Source of the DNA: an uncultured bacterium
GTDB taxonomy: Bacteria; Patescibacteriota; JACMRA01
Reading direction: 5' to 3'
DNA: 64,000 nt
Assembly: GCA_963704645.1 (NCBI GenBank)
Contig: OY969926.1
Location: 160,001 to 224,000, forward strand
Numbering within the stretch: position 1 is the first letter of the stretch; each line of letters opens with the position of its first letter. Below, one piece after another: positions 28,901-40,179 of this stretch. A program made the translations under genes and the position numbers. The notes beneath the pieces were generated by a model, which was not told where the DNA came from, ran no database searches, and was given only the letters and a program-made list of their open reading frames with translations.

Positions 28901-30418
28901 ATGAGTAAACACTCTCCTATTTCTAAACTAACCCACCTTAAATTAGGGCAGGGTAATTCTGAACCAAGAAACTTTGGCAATAAAACACCATTACAGGCCA
29001 GGCCAGAAGTGGCAATCTCTCAAGAAGAGATAACTGGCTTAAATCAGTCTAAACACGAAATGAAAAACATGGAGAGTGTTGAAAAAGTTGATGTTGAAAT
29101 GAACAAAGCAGACGAATGGTCTTTCCCAACTAGTAATCATTCTCAGTTTACAAAAAAGTTTGCCGAAGAAGAAACTATACCTACAACTAATAAAGTTCGT
29201 TTGCCTAAGTTTTTAGAGCAAAACAAAATAATTCAAAGTGTTACAAACAACATTGATAGTGATGTAAAAATGCTTCCTTTTAGCGGAAATAATGAAAACC
29301 CAAACTCTTTCAGCTCTATTTTTAGTAAAGATCACGAGGAAATAACTGGAATTAGAAGAGTTTTTAGGAAGTCGTTAATATTTTTAGTTTTGCATATTCT
29401 TTCATTGCTATTGCTTGCTTGGACAGGTTTAACTTTGTTTACAGTCAACCCAATTATTAGCTTAGTAAGTTTTGTTGTTTTTGCAGCAGTTACTAATCTT
29501 TTTTATATAATTGTTGCTGACAGAAGTTATGTTAGTTTAAGCCTTGTAGGCTCTGCTGTAGGGCTACTTTTAATATATAGTTTCTTAGGTCAAGCTTTTA
29601 ACCCTGTAAGTTTAGCTGGCGTAGCAATTGTGAGTTTGCTTTTTTATATTGCATACAGCGAAATAGAGAAAGTGCAGCTTAGTAGCAGACTATTTACTAT
29701 ATCAAATATAGTTGGCTCTGGGACAAGAATTCTAATGAGTGCTGGTATATTGGTTCTAGCCCTAACCATGTTTAACCAAATGCTGTCAGAAAAAAGTGCT
29801 AACTTTATTAACAGAACAATATTAAACAATGAATTAATAATATCTAAATTAATTGTTGGAGAAGGCTCACCTGTTTCTTTAAATAGGCTTACAATGAACG
29901 GCGCCGCTTTTTATTCTACTTTAGAAACAAATGCAACTAAAACTACATTTAAAGATTTTCTTGCAACAAATTATAGAAGAGGTGAAGATGTAGTAAGCAA
30001 AAATGAAGAGCCTGAAATAATTATTTCTTGTGAAAACCAAAAAGGGTCTGGGAAATGTGGAAATGCAGTTGTAGAAGCTAGAAATGAAAGACTGGAAAAG
30101 TTCAGATCGGAAAACTATGCTGGTTTACCTTATAACCTTGACACATCTTTGAACACAGACAATTTCAGAGAAATAAGTAAGCAATATTATTTAAACATAA
30201 TTAATGAATTTGATAGTGGAAGCAATATTATTATTCCAAGAGTTTATCTACTTCCAGGAATCTTTGCCCTATTAATTTACATTTTGCTAAGTCTTATTTC
30301 TCCAATACTTTCTATTATAATTCAATTTCTTACATGGTCAGGTTGGCAAATTATGAAAGTTACTGGATTTGCTAAAATTGAAGTAGAGACAGTAGAATCT
30401 GAAGTTGTTAGTATTTAA
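28901..30418 (+). CDS. Multi-pass membrane protein with disordered N-terminus and extracellular loop
   Basis: About 6 hydrophobic segments; 2 nt after rpsA. Confidence 0.7.
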   Translation: MSKHSPISKLTHLKLGQGNSEPRNFGNKTPLQARPEVAISQEEITGLNQSKHEMKNMESVEKVDVEMNKADEWSFPTSNHSQFTKKFAEEETIPTTNKVRLPKFLEQNKIIQSVTNNIDSDVKMLPFSGNNENPNSFSSIFSKDHEEITGIRRVFRKSLIFLVLHILSLLLLAWTGLTLFTVNPIISLVSFVVFAAVTNLFYIIVADRSYVSLSLVGSAVGLLLIYSFLGQAFNPVSLAGVAIVSLLFYIAYSEIEKVQLSSRLFTISNIVGSGTRILMSAGILVLALTMFNQMLSEKSANFINRTILNNELIISKLIVGEGSPVSLNRLTMNGAAFYSTLETNATKTTFKDFLATNYRRGEDVVSKNEEPEIIISCENQKGSGKCGNAVVEARNERLEKFRSENYAGLPYNLDTSLNTDNFREISKQYYLNIINEFDSGSNIIIPRVYLLPGIFALLIYILLSLISPILSIIIQFLTWSGWQIMKVTGFAKIEVETVESEVVSI

Positions 30419-30437
30419 TAATTGTTTAAACTACAGG

Positions 30438-33400
30438 TTATTTAATCATTTTCTCACCACTAATTTGATGATAGTATTCCACCATTTGGTTATTCTGATT
30501 TACAAAGCTTACTTTGACAGAATATTTCTTTAGCGGGTTTAAAGTTGGCTCTTTTATTGTAATAGAATTGTCTGTGGAGGCTTGGAATTTGTACTGTCTA
30601 TCCCCGTCAAAAACTATGGCTTCAGGCTGACCGAGTGTAGAAGCCAAAACCTGTATTGTGCAGCCTAAATCGCTGTTACACCACAAAACATCATCTTTAT
30701 TGCTTGTTACAAGGTATGTGAACTCTTTTAAAATAAAGTTTCCATCTAATAATTGAATTGTGTAGTTACCAACCGCACCACCAACTTCTACATAACAAAC
30801 ATCACCTTGCCAATGAGTAAGAAGAATTTTTGTATCTGCCCTATCTGATAACTGTCTTACATTGCAGCTATTAGATTTAAAACTAAATGTTTCAAAACTA
30901 CCTTCTGACAAAATGTTACTTCCATCTAATAAAGTAATGTTTTCTGGAATATTAGAAATATCATACTTGCCCAAGAATGTTGAGATTACATTGGTTCTGC
31001 TAACTGATATTGGGCTAGATTTAGCTTCTATTGCCAGTTCTAAAATTTGACCTCCTAAAACAGATCTAAGATCGTTAGTATCTAGCTTGTTGGCTGACAG
31101 AGATAGGTTAGACAAACCTTCAGTAATTTCAACATCAGAAATTTTACCGTTATAAGATAATCTTAATTTACCACTTTTAATTGGTAAACCAAACTTATCT
31201 AAGATAGGACTAGTTAATATTTGATAATCTAATTCTTGATTATTCCCAATTCTTGTGCTTGCACCCATAGCAAAAATATTTCCAGCTTCACCACTCGTTA
31301 AATTAACTATTGAATTAAATGTTTTAGTTCCTGCAGTAATTTTAACAAGAGCTTGCTTTGTGTTTCTATATTGAGTTAAATCCCAATCTAAATTGCACTT
31401 TTTGTTAGCATTATCGTAAGGCATGGAAGTACTGGCAACTTCAGTTTCAGATTTCACCCATTCAAAATTACAATTGGCAATTTCTTCCTCAAAACCACCC
31501 ATACTAATTTTTAGCTTGCTATCACCATTTAATTCTTTAGGTATATTTGGTAATATTAACTTATCGTCTTCTACAACTGTAAAAGATTGACTCATTAACA
31601 AATTTCCGTCTGCTGCAAAAGCTTGAATTTGTAAATTATCTTGACTGAACAAACTAGATGGTAAAACTATTTTAGCAAAACCATTAATAATATCTACAGG
31701 CTGAGTTGTTTGCACAAGTTCAGAGGATCTGGTTACTTCAATTTTAACTCCAAACTGGTTGGTTAAGTTTCCAAAACTATCTGTAACAGGACCAATAATT
31801 AAAGTATTGGCAAAATTTCTATGCGCTGGTTCATACTCTAATTTCAAACCGCCAAAACTAGTAGCTCCATTTGCGAATACATTAAATTGCTTGCTTTGAC
31901 TGTATTCTGGGAAGCTAATTAAAGCAGGGCCACTTTGCACCAATTGATTATTCTGTGTTACCACTTTACACACACCATCCTGCAAATTTCCCTTAAGTTC
32001 TATACCTTGGCTGTTTAACGATGTAGCATATAAAACTGCAGAACAATCTCCGTTGGCTACAATAGAGCCGCTTCTGTTTGCAATATTACTAACTGAAAAT
32101 TCAGTAGAAGTACCAGCTTTAACAGCATTACCATTTTGAATATTTACTCCAGTAGAAACAATTCCAATTTCCGTGTCGTTAAAGTTTATTCCAACGAAAT
32201 CTGAATTCTGACCATTTTCTAAACGAATATAGATATTGTAAAACCCACCCTGTGAAAATAGATTAGAAGGTATTGTTGCATTAAATACTCCATTCTCAAC
32301 CTTTAAAGCCTGCCCATCAATTGTTGGATATTCTTTGTAGGTAGCACTTAATGGCTGATAAATACCTAGAATAACGGGAATATTGTTCAATGGAACATTC
32401 AAAGCATCTACTAAACCTTCAGATTTAACTAGTACTGGCTGACCAGTTTTAGGTAGAACTGTTTGATTTTCAAAAGGAATTAAATTACTGGACTTGTTTA
32501 AGAAAGAAACGTCTTGTGCTTGTGATGTACCTAATAAGCTAACTTTATAAATTCCTTCACCTGCGCTAAGCTCAGAAGTTAAAATTTGAGTATAGCAACT
32601 TCTGTCAGATCTAACTTGAGCTTTTACATCTGTGTTTACACCAGTACTGCTTTGTACTCTAAATGTACACTCATCAGACTCTTTTATAGAATCGTTCAAG
32701 CTTACTACACGCTTTGCCAAAACAGGAACTGTACCATTTATAGATATTGAACCAAAAGGAAAATCTAAAGTAGATAATCCGCTAGGTACAAATTCAGCCT
32801 GATTGCCTTGTACAGTTAAACTTGCAATGTTGCTGTAAATTTCTTCACTTTTATCTACAAACAACAAGGAATAACTACCTGAAGATAGATTGTTAAAGCT
32901 TCCAGTACAAACATTGTTGTTAATTTCACAATCGAAACTTGCAACAACATTCTGTGAGTTTCTATCTGACATATAAACTTTTCCAGTTAATGCTTTAGGG
33001 TTTACAGTTCCCTCAGGCCATTTTAAACTGAAATCAGCTGAATTGCCTTTATTAATGGTGTCGGAGCCTAAAGATAATTCTAAAGATCTACCAACTTTAG
33101 CTCCAGAATTTTTTAGCTTGGTAAAGACTCTATTTGTACTAGATTCTTGTAATCCATTTTTGTTTAGAAATCTAATTTTACCTAAAATGGTTAAGTACTC
33201 TGTGTCGGCTTTATCAATTTTTCCACTTGCAATATATTCTACCCTTTCCCCAGAAGACAAAACTGGTAACTTAAAACTATTCTTTTGATTATTTAATGTT
33301 AGGTCTGCACTTCTAATATTACCACCTACAATACTACTCCAAGCAACACCAGAATTGGTAGAAAACAAATCTAGAGCAACGCTGTTAATTGCTTCTGAAA

Positions 33401-33686
33401 CACTAGTGTTTTGCAAGGTAATGTTTAAAGAAATATTATCACCAACTGCGTATTCTTTATCTTCAGTTAAACGTATAGATCCAGTAATTGTTGCTGTTTC
33501 GCTAGCTTGAGCGCTTTCATCGTTAGTATTCCATAAAGAATAACCAATTAAACCACCAACTATAAAATACACAGCTAAAACTGAAATGATTAATTGTCTT
33601 CGTCTTCCAAATCTAGACAAGGATAAACCCCACTTAGACTTTTTTCTTGAGACAGCTTTTACAGATGATAAACTTGAGGAGGCCAT
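30438..33686 (-). CDS. Large membrane-anchored beta-rich (Ig-like) surface protein
   Basis: Basic N-terminus, TM, AQA; repeated beta-strand modules with paired Cys; ATG 33686 lies downstream of the promoter. Confidence 0.75.
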   Translation of the reverse strand: MASSSLSSVKAVSRKKSKWGLSLSRFGRRRQLIISVLAVYFIVGGLIGYSLWNTNDESAQASETATITGSIRLTEDKEYAVGDNISLNITLQNTSVSEAINSVALDLFSTNSGVAWSSIVGGNIRSADLTLNNQKNSFKLPVLSSGERVEYIASGKIDKADTEYLTILGKIRFLNKNGLQESSTNRVFTKLKNSGAKVGRSLELSLGSDTINKGNSADFSLKWPEGTVNPKALTGKVYMSDRNSQNVVASFDCEINNNVCTGSFNNLSSGSYSLLFVDKSEEIYSNIASLTVQGNQAEFVPSGLSTLDFPFGSISINGTVPVLAKRVVSLNDSIKESDECTFRVQSSTGVNTDVKAQVRSDRSCYTQILTSELSAGEGIYKVSLLGTSQAQDVSFLNKSSNLIPFENQTVLPKTGQPVLVKSEGLVDALNVPLNNIPVILGIYQPLSATYKEYPTIDGQALKVENGVFNATIPSNLFSQGGFYNIYIRLENGQNSDFVGINFNDTEIGIVSTGVNIQNGNAVKAGTSTEFSVSNIANRSGSIVANGDCSAVLYATSLNSQGIELKGNLQDGVCKVVTQNNQLVQSGPALISFPEYSQSKQFNVFANGATSFGGLKLEYEPAHRNFANTLIIGPVTDSFGNLTNQFGVKIEVTRSSELVQTTQPVDIINGFAKIVLPSSLFSQDNLQIQAFAADGNLLMSQSFTVVEDDKLILPNIPKELNGDSKLKISMGGFEEEIANCNFEWVKSETEVASTSMPYDNANKKCNLDWDLTQYRNTKQALVKITAGTKTFNSIVNLTSGEAGNIFAMGASTRIGNNQELDYQILTSPILDKFGLPIKSGKLRLSYNGKISDVEITEGLSNLSLSANKLDTNDLRSVLGGQILELAIEAKSSPISVSRTNVISTFLGKYDISNIPENITLLDGSNILSEGSFETFSFKSNSCNVRQLSDRADTKILLTHWQGDVCYVEVGGAVGNYTIQLLDGNFILKEFTYLVTSNKDDVLWCNSDLGCTIQVLASTLGQPEAIVFDGDRQYKFQASTDNSITIKEPTLNPLKKYSVKVSFVNQNNQMVEYYHQISGEKMIK

Positions 33687-33708
33687 ATTTTGTTTTTGTT
33701 TTGCTCTA

Positions 33709-33737
33709 ATTATATTACATGAATTGAATCTTGGCAA
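33709..33737 (-). promoter_or_regulatory. Sigma70 promoter
   Basis: TTGCCA-17-TATAAT. Confidence 0.7.
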
Positions 33738-33969
33738 AATCTAATTACAAAGTTCTATCAAAAGAGTTGTAAACCTAATATACTAAACTTATTTAATAGA
33801 ACATCTAAGGCAGATTTCTTTTTTTAAAAATTCTCAATTGAAGGAGATGCATAATACTTATTTAAAATATCGGTTCAAATATTTTGCCAGTGAAGAATGT
33901 TTCTACTTCCTTGCAGACAACCTATGTTAATTGACAAAAGCAAGGTAAAATAGCCAATATTTTACAAAT

Positions 33970-34045
33970 GCCGGTGTGGCTTAGCTGGTATAGCGGCGGT
34001 ATCGTAAACCGCAGGTCGCAGGTTCGAACCCTGTCACCGGCTCCA
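33970..34045 (+). tRNA. tRNA-Thr(CGT)
   Basis: Cloverleaf GCCGGTG...CACCGGC-T-CCA, anticodon loop ATCGTAA, TTCGAAC T-loop. Confidence 0.95.
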
Positions 34046-34088
34046 AAACATTTTACACCGACTAATTACAAACTAAAATAAAATAATT

Positions 34089-35654
34089 ATGGATATAAAT
34101 ATACTACTTTCTGCACTATTATTGCTAATTTTCCTTCAATTTGGAGTTGGATTTTGGTTATTCAGAAAACTAACTCAAAGACAAAATTTCCCCAAAAATA
34201 ATGATACTCAAAACAATGCCCAACCTCATTTAGATGAATATAAAAAATGGCAGGAAGAAGAAAAAATTACCAGACAAAGGTTGTTAGATTTGCAAGAAAA
34301 CATTGATAAGAAAGAAACTTCATTAAATGATAAATTAGAAAAGATTGCTGAAGAAAAGGATAAAATTGAAGAGTTAAAAAATAATTTAAGAGAAATAAAA
34401 GCTAATTTAGTTGAAAAGACAGAGCAGCTAAAAATAACAGAGAATAATTTAATTGAAAACTATCAAAACGAGCTTTCTAAAATATCTAAACTTTCTACTA
34501 CTGATGCTAAAACCCTAATTTTAAAACAGGCCAAGCTTGAAGTTGGTTCAGATTTACTAGAATGGCAAAGAAAGTTTATTGAAACTAAACGTGAGGAATC
34601 TAATTTGGAAGCCCGAGAAATTGTAGCTTTGGCGGTTCAAAGGTGTAGCAGTGAAGTAGCTAACGAATATACTTTAACCACCATTAAACTTCAAAGCGAA
34701 GAAGATAAGGGTAAATTAATTGGAAAAGGTGGGCGAAATATTCAGTGGATTGAAAAAACTTTAGGTGTAGAACTTGTTATTGATGACACTCCAGAAGTAA
34801 TTACTATTTCAGGCTTTTCTTCCATTAGAAGACATATTGCTAAGCGCACATTAGAAAGACTATTAGAAGATGGTAGAATTCACCCTGCATCAATTGAAGA
34901 TAACTATGAGAAAGCTAGAGGGGAAATTGCTCAGGAAATTGCTGCAAGTGGTGAATACGCAGTTAACCAATTAGGAATTATAGATTTTCCAGCAAAATTA
35001 ATTAGACTAATTGGAAGATTAAAATTTAGAACCAGCTATGGGCAAAATCAACTTGGTCACAGTTTAGAAATGGCCAAATTAGCAGCATTGTTAGCAGAAG
35101 AATTTAATGCCAGATTCCCTCACCGTGAAAAACCTGTAGATGTTCAAATATGTATTAAAGGTGCTTTATTACACGACATTGGCAAAGCCATAGACGAAGA
35201 GCAAACGCCTAAAGGGAACCACATTGAAATTGGTGAAAAAATTTGTGATACTTTTGGGTTGGATTGGAGAATTAAAAAATGTATTTCCAGTCACCATGAC
35301 GAGAGCTATTGGCACCCTGAGCACGGTTTTTGCATAGAGGCTGCTATTGTGGATGCCTGTGATAATATTAGTGGTTCAAGGTTGGGTGCAAGAAAAGAAA
35401 CTGCACAAGCTTACTACGAACGGATGGAGAGTTTGGAGAACATTGCTACTACAACAACTGGTGTAAACAAAGCTTGGATTATGAAAGGAAGCAGAGAGTT
35501 ATGGGTATTTTTTGATACAGAAAAAGTTACTTCCTCAGAAATGTACGATATAACAAGAAGTATTGCCGAAAAAATTGAGACACAAGTAAATTATGCTGGC
35601 GAAATTAAAGTAATTGGTATTTGGGAGAACAAAATAATTGAATATGCCAGATAG
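34089..35654 (+). CDS. rny: Ribonuclease Y
   Basis: TM, coiled coil, KH (KGKLIGKGGRNI), HD (LLHDIGKA), RTSYGQN. Confidence 0.96.
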   Translation: MDINILLSALLLLIFLQFGVGFWLFRKLTQRQNFPKNNDTQNNAQPHLDEYKKWQEEEKITRQRLLDLQENIDKKETSLNDKLEKIAEEKDKIEELKNNLREIKANLVEKTEQLKITENNLIENYQNELSKISKLSTTDAKTLILKQAKLEVGSDLLEWQRKFIETKREESNLEAREIVALAVQRCSSEVANEYTLTTIKLQSEEDKGKLIGKGGRNIQWIEKTLGVELVIDDTPEVITISGFSSIRRHIAKRTLERLLEDGRIHPASIEDNYEKARGEIAQEIAASGEYAVNQLGIIDFPAKLIRLIGRLKFRTSYGQNQLGHSLEMAKLAALLAEEFNARFPHREKPVDVQICIKGALLHDIGKAIDEEQTPKGNHIEIGEKICDTFGLDWRIKKCISSHHDESYWHPEHGFCIEAAIVDACDNISGSRLGARKETAQAYYERMESLENIATTTTGVNKAWIMKGSRELWVFFDTEKVTSSEMYDITRSIAEKIETQVNYAGEIKVIGIWENKIIEYAR

Positions 35655-36270
35655 GCTTAAGAAGGTTAAAGCGAAAGATAAAACACTTAACTTTTTCCTT
35701 ACTGGATACGTTATAGTATCAGGAATAGTGGCTATTTTCTTTTTATCTGTAGTGGGGATGTTTGCTTATGAAACATTTAAACTAATTGATAGTATTGGTT
35801 TATACAACAAGCCTGATCAAATTTCGCCTGCAACATTGTCTAAACTAAACGAAGTAGAAAAGCAAATAATTCCACTTATTAAGAAAAACAAAGTGAACTC
35901 GTACAAATACGTCTGGTTAGAGTCTTGTGAGTCAATACAAATTGATGAGATATTCTACACTTCCGAAAGCGAAGGATGTCCAGTATCTGATGAGAATATT
36001 TACAAGAATGATTTAGCTAAGAGCAACTTTAATACAATCAAAAGTTTTGATATTTTAGAAATTCGGAGCTATCACAATAGAATAAAAAATCAAGAAGGAA
36101 AGTATGTAGATGGGGAATTATCAGTAGTAGATTTTACTTTTAGCTACGGATTTAAGCAGGATACTCTGGTTTACGCTTTAGCACCTGATTATGTTGAGAA
36201 GCAAAACAGACAGGCAGATAAAGAAGAATATAAACTAAAACAAGTTCAAGGCAATTGGTACAAACAATAA
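35638..36270 (+). CDS. Membrane-anchored hypothetical protein
   Basis: Overlaps the rny end; N-terminal TM; ends GNWYKQ. Confidence 0.65.
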   Translation: MNMPDRLKKVKAKDKTLNFFLTGYVIVSGIVAIFFLSVVGMFAYETFKLIDSIGLYNKPDQISPATLSKLNEVEKQIIPLIKKNKVNSYKYVWLESCESIQIDEIFYTSESEGCPVSDENIYKNDLAKSNFNTIKSFDILEIRSYHNRIKNQEGKYVDGELSVVDFTFSYGFKQDTLVYALAPDYVEKQNRQADKEEYKLKQVQGNWYKQ

Positions 36271-36287
36271 AACCCCCGAAGGGGTTT
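36269..36287. terminator. Bidirectional intrinsic terminator
   Basis: AAAACCCC-CGAA-GGGGTTT between convergent genes. Confidence 0.75.
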
Positions 36288-36311
36288 ACTTTTATTAATA
36301 AGTTTATTGGC

Positions 36312-38660
36312 TTACTTTAAAGTCATACTTGCATCATCTTGGGAAGACCTACTTGGCACTTTACCAAGTTTTGGTTGATGGTTTTTCTTCCAGTAGTAAT
36401 AGCCACCTCCAATTGCTAATAAAGCTAACAATGTACCAAATATCTCAAAACCACCTGATCTTGGGGTATTGGTTACAACAATTAAGTTAACTGGGAAATC
36501 AACTTGAACTCTTTGATCTGGAGTTCTGTCAGCAGTAATAATAGCAATGTTAGTTATAATGTCACCATTTCTAGCAGCTGAGGTAATTGTTGCATCAAAA
36601 GTTAAAGCCACGGTTTGACCAGCGTTAACTGTTCCAACATTCCAAGTTATTGTTCCAGCTGTTGCATCTACAGTTCCAGATGGATTTAGATTAGTAATAT
36701 TGGAAAGTCTTACTTTGTCGTATGTGTCTACAACTTTTACATTTGTAGCGTTTACACTTCCAGTATTTCTGACATTAATTGTATATGTAACTACATCATT
36801 TGGAACCAAAGCTGCAGAGCTACAGGCAGTTGTTGTTCCTTTTTCAACACAAGTTTTGTTTGAAGTAGAAAGGTTTGGAGCCTTTACAGGGAACTGAGCT
36901 TGAACAGTCATTCCAGGGAATCCAGTTGCTGTAATTAAAGCAGTGTTCAAAATAATGTCACCATCTCTAATTGCTGTAGTAATTGTAGCATCAAAGCTTA
37001 CTGCAGAGCTTGCACCAGCATTAATTGTTCCAACATTCCAAACAATAGTTCCAGCGTTGGCATCAATAGTTCCAGCTGGATTAGTATTTCTAGCATTATT
37101 TAGTCTTACTTTGTCGTAAGTATCTGTTACTACAACATTATTTGCTGCACCCTGACCAGTGTTTCTAACAGTAATTGTGTAACTTACATTATCACCTGCT
37201 ACTAAATTAGCTTGATCGCAAGGAGTAACTGTTCCAGTTTTAACACAAGTTTTAGTTGAAGTTAAAAGGTTAGGACCATTTGGATCAATAATATTAACAA
37301 TAAAGGTTCCTGGTGTTCCAACTAAACCTTTAGAATCTGTAGGAGTAACTGTGAAAGTAGTTCTTACAGGAGTTGTAGCGTTGCTAACACAATTTACAAT
37401 TCTAGTAGCTGCATCATAGGTACAGAAACTTGGCAGATTATTTACTGTATAAGTTAAAGGATAGTCACCATCTGGATCGGTTCCAATAATTACGTTGAAG
37501 CTTCCACTATCTCCACGTACAATTGTAATTTCTTGACCTGGTACAATTGGAGGATTGTTTTGATCTATAACGTTAACAATAAAGGTTCCTGGTGTTCCAA
37601 CTAAACCTTTAGAATCTGTAGGTGTAATAGGGAAACTAGTTCTTACTGGAGTTGTAGGATTTGTTGAACAAGTAATAATTCTTGTTGCTGTAGCGTAAGT
37701 ACAGAAACTTGGTAAATTAGCTAAGTTATAAGTTAGTGGGTAATCTTGTTCAGGATCGGTTCCATTTAAAGGAACGAAGCTTCCAGTTTGTCCACGAATA
37801 ATTGTAATTTCTTGACCTGGCAAAATAGGAGGTGTGTTATTAACAGGAGCAGCTACTGCTTGTAGTTGTCCTAAAATGTATCCATATCCTAAGAATCCAG
37901 CTTCTAAACCAGCAGGTTTAACATTGAATCCAGCAGTAGAAGCTAAAGTTTTTCCTGTAAAAGATGTGTAAACAGGGTTAGAAGTAGTTGCCCCAACACT
38001 ATTATCTGCAACATTTACACGAGTATCTGTAACAGTATCCCAAGGTGCAGAATTGTAAGGATCTACTCTAGAACCTTGAGCGGTTTCAACAACATACTTT
38101 CTTTCAGTTGCATCTGGGAAGTGTCTAGTATTATTACCAACAATTTCCAAAACGGTTCCTGAAGGAACATTTACAATTAAGTCTCCACCTTTTCCTGCAG
38201 AATTAACTTGTGTTGCATTGCCTCCAGCAAGCGTGCCAGAAACTCTGTATTGAGTATCGCTGATTTTAGTTACTTGTACACCAGCTGTAGGGTTAGTAAT
38301 AGCTGCATTTCCGCCATTATTATAGTATAAGTGCCAAGTTATTGTTTGACCTGCAATAATTGTTTTAGTTCTAGGATTGTTAGCCGCAGTATCTATTGGG
38401 AAGAAACTCATTAAAGGCATGTCCTGACAATTTCCGTCAGTTACATTTGGGTTAGGCAAATTAGTAACAATAGGATGAGGGTTCCAAGTTGGCGAAGAAG
38501 CTGAGGTAGAACAAGAAGATTCTCTAGGAACTACAGACTGAGCCTGTGCTGTTTCACTTGTGTTGTTAAGGAAGGCGTAACTTCCAGAAATTAATAAACC
38601 AACTACTGCTAGAGAAGCTAGAATACCAAATAGATTTTTTTTAATAAATTTAGATAACAT
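36312..38660 (-). CDS. Surface protein with two Ig-like repeats, two DUF11-like repeats and a TPRSGG-TM C-terminus
   Basis: Signal ...TAQAQ; PP..PGQEITI.RG...GTPGTFIVN x2; YTI.VRNTG...A.NV.V.DTYDK x2; C-terminal TM and YYYWKKNH. Confidence 0.85.
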   Translation of the reverse strand: MLSKFIKKNLFGILASLAVVGLLISGSYAFLNNTSETAQAQSVVPRESSCSTSASSPTWNPHPIVTNLPNPNVTDGNCQDMPLMSFFPIDTAANNPRTKTIIAGQTITWHLYYNNGGNAAITNPTAGVQVTKISDTQYRVSGTLAGGNATQVNSAGKGGDLIVNVPSGTVLEIVGNNTRHFPDATERKYVVETAQGSRVDPYNSAPWDTVTDTRVNVADNSVGATTSNPVYTSFTGKTLASTAGFNVKPAGLEAGFLGYGYILGQLQAVAAPVNNTPPILPGQEITIIRGQTGSFVPLNGTDPEQDYPLTYNLANLPSFCTYATATRIITCSTNPTTPVRTSFPITPTDSKGLVGTPGTFIVNVIDQNNPPIVPGQEITIVRGDSGSFNVIIGTDPDGDYPLTYTVNNLPSFCTYDAATRIVNCVSNATTPVRTTFTVTPTDSKGLVGTPGTFIVNIIDPNGPNLLTSTKTCVKTGTVTPCDQANLVAGDNVSYTITVRNTGQGAANNVVVTDTYDKVRLNNARNTNPAGTIDANAGTIVWNVGTINAGASSAVSFDATITTAIRDGDIILNTALITATGFPGMTVQAQFPVKAPNLSTSNKTCVEKGTTTACSSAALVPNDVVTYTINVRNTGSVNATNVKVVDTYDKVRLSNITNLNPSGTVDATAGTITWNVGTVNAGQTVALTFDATITSAARNGDIITNIAIITADRTPDQRVQVDFPVNLIVVTNTPRSGGFEIFGTLLALLAIGGGYYYWKKNHQPKLGKVPSRSSQDDASMTLK
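37292..37840 (-). repeat. Intragenic ~280-bp tandem duplication (Ig-like module)
   Basis: Identical block aacaataaaggttcctggtgttccaactaaacctttagaatctgtagg in both units. Confidence 0.85.
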
Positions 38661-39031
38661 ATTGTATGACTTTATATTGGTAAAATATCACATTTTTACC
38701 CTATAGTCAACATGTTATCCTATGTTTTATTAATTGGCAACAATATTCATTGAATAGCAGATTGTCTTGTTATAATAAGGAAAGGTGCTGTCCAAAAAAT
38801 TTCAAGCTTCAAAAATAGCTAAACCTAAAATAGCGAATATTGTAATATTCTTTCAATAATTCTTAATTTAAAATGTAAATTGTGCCCTATAAATTAACAA
38901 ATCATTTTATAATTTAGAGGTTTAAAAATTACACAATAAATTTAAATGTGTTGTGTTTGAAGCTGAAGCATAAATACCAAATATGGACAAAAAATTGATT
39001 AATCGTATAGATAGTAGTAAATATTATTTTT

Positions 39032-39712
39032 ATGAGTAAACTAAGGCTTGAGGCCATCACCGACGGAATTTTTGCTATTGTAATGACATTGCTTGTTATT
39101 GAAATTAGAGTTCCAGAAATACATTCATCATTTAGTAATGGCAAATTAATTTCAGAACTAGAACACTTAATACCACTTTTCCTTAGCTTTTTCCTAAGTT
39201 TTGCAGTACTTGTAAATTATTGGATTAGTCACAATTTTTTAATTACAATAATGGCCAAAAATGTTAGCCGTAATTTAAGTTACATAAATTTTGTGTTTTT
39301 AAGTTTTGTAAGTTTAATACCTTTTTCAAGTCATTTGCTAGGAGCTTATCCAGAGTCTGGTGTGGCAGTTTCTTTTTACAGTTTAAATGTTCTAATTATA
39401 GCTATTTTAATATATTTAATTAGAGAATACATTATTAAATCTCCAAGAATTGAAAACCCTGAAACCCTGAATTTAAAACTAGACGCTCATGGTAGTTATA
39501 ACAATAAAGATGCATTTTATGGAACAGCCAGAATTGCTATTTCTGTAGGATGCTCCGTTATAGCTTTACTTTTAAGCTTTGTTAACACTTACTTTTCTAT
39601 ATTCTTACTCCTAATACCAGTATTAATTGGTGCAGTTCCAGGATCTCTTGCTTTTATTTTAAAAGTTACAGGCTTAGAGAAACTAGCCAGACAAGAAGAC
39701 GCTAAGTTGTAA
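39032..39712 (+). CDS. TMEM175 family potassium channel
   Basis: RLEAITDGIFAIVMTLLV...YWISH...LIPFSS. Confidence 0.9.
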   Translation: MSKLRLEAITDGIFAIVMTLLVIEIRVPEIHSSFSNGKLISELEHLIPLFLSFFLSFAVLVNYWISHNFLITIMAKNVSRNLSYINFVFLSFVSLIPFSSHLLGAYPESGVAVSFYSLNVLIIAILIYLIREYIIKSPRIENPETLNLKLDAHGSYNNKDAFYGTARIAISVGCSVIALLLSFVNTYFSIFLLLIPVLIGAVPGSLAFILKVTGLEKLARQEDAKL

Positions 39713-40130
39713 ACTTTCAACAAGCTAAAAATACATGAAGGGTAAAACCTCCTATTTTTTGTTTTCATTAATTACTTTGCGATATTCTGCAGGATAAAAT
39801 AAGAACGACTGTAACAAGTAACTTAATTGTACACACTTATAGAATAGTCTGCTTATTAAGTTTATAGCATGACTGAATATTTGCATAATTAAATAATACT
39901 GAAACAGAAATGACTAATTGAGACTGATAAGCTAAAATTACTACTAGTGGGATTCATCAATTTGACACACCTTCTACCAATACAATTGATTTAGGTAAAA
40001 AGCGGTGAAGTTTTCGCTCGTCAAATCTGATAAAAAAGTTTTACCAATCGAGATACAGCTCTTCATTACGTTGTTAAAAAATTCTTAACTGAACCTGGTT
40101 AAATTACTATCGATCAAATTTTTAGAAAAC

Positions 40131-40151
40131 AAAAAACCCCTTTCGGGGATT
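40131..40151 (-). terminator. dnaK intrinsic terminator
   Basis: Minus strand: CCCC-GAAA-GGGG followed by T6. Confidence 0.75.
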
Positions 40152-40179
40152 ACAAGTTGTAGTAATTAACAAATCTAAT

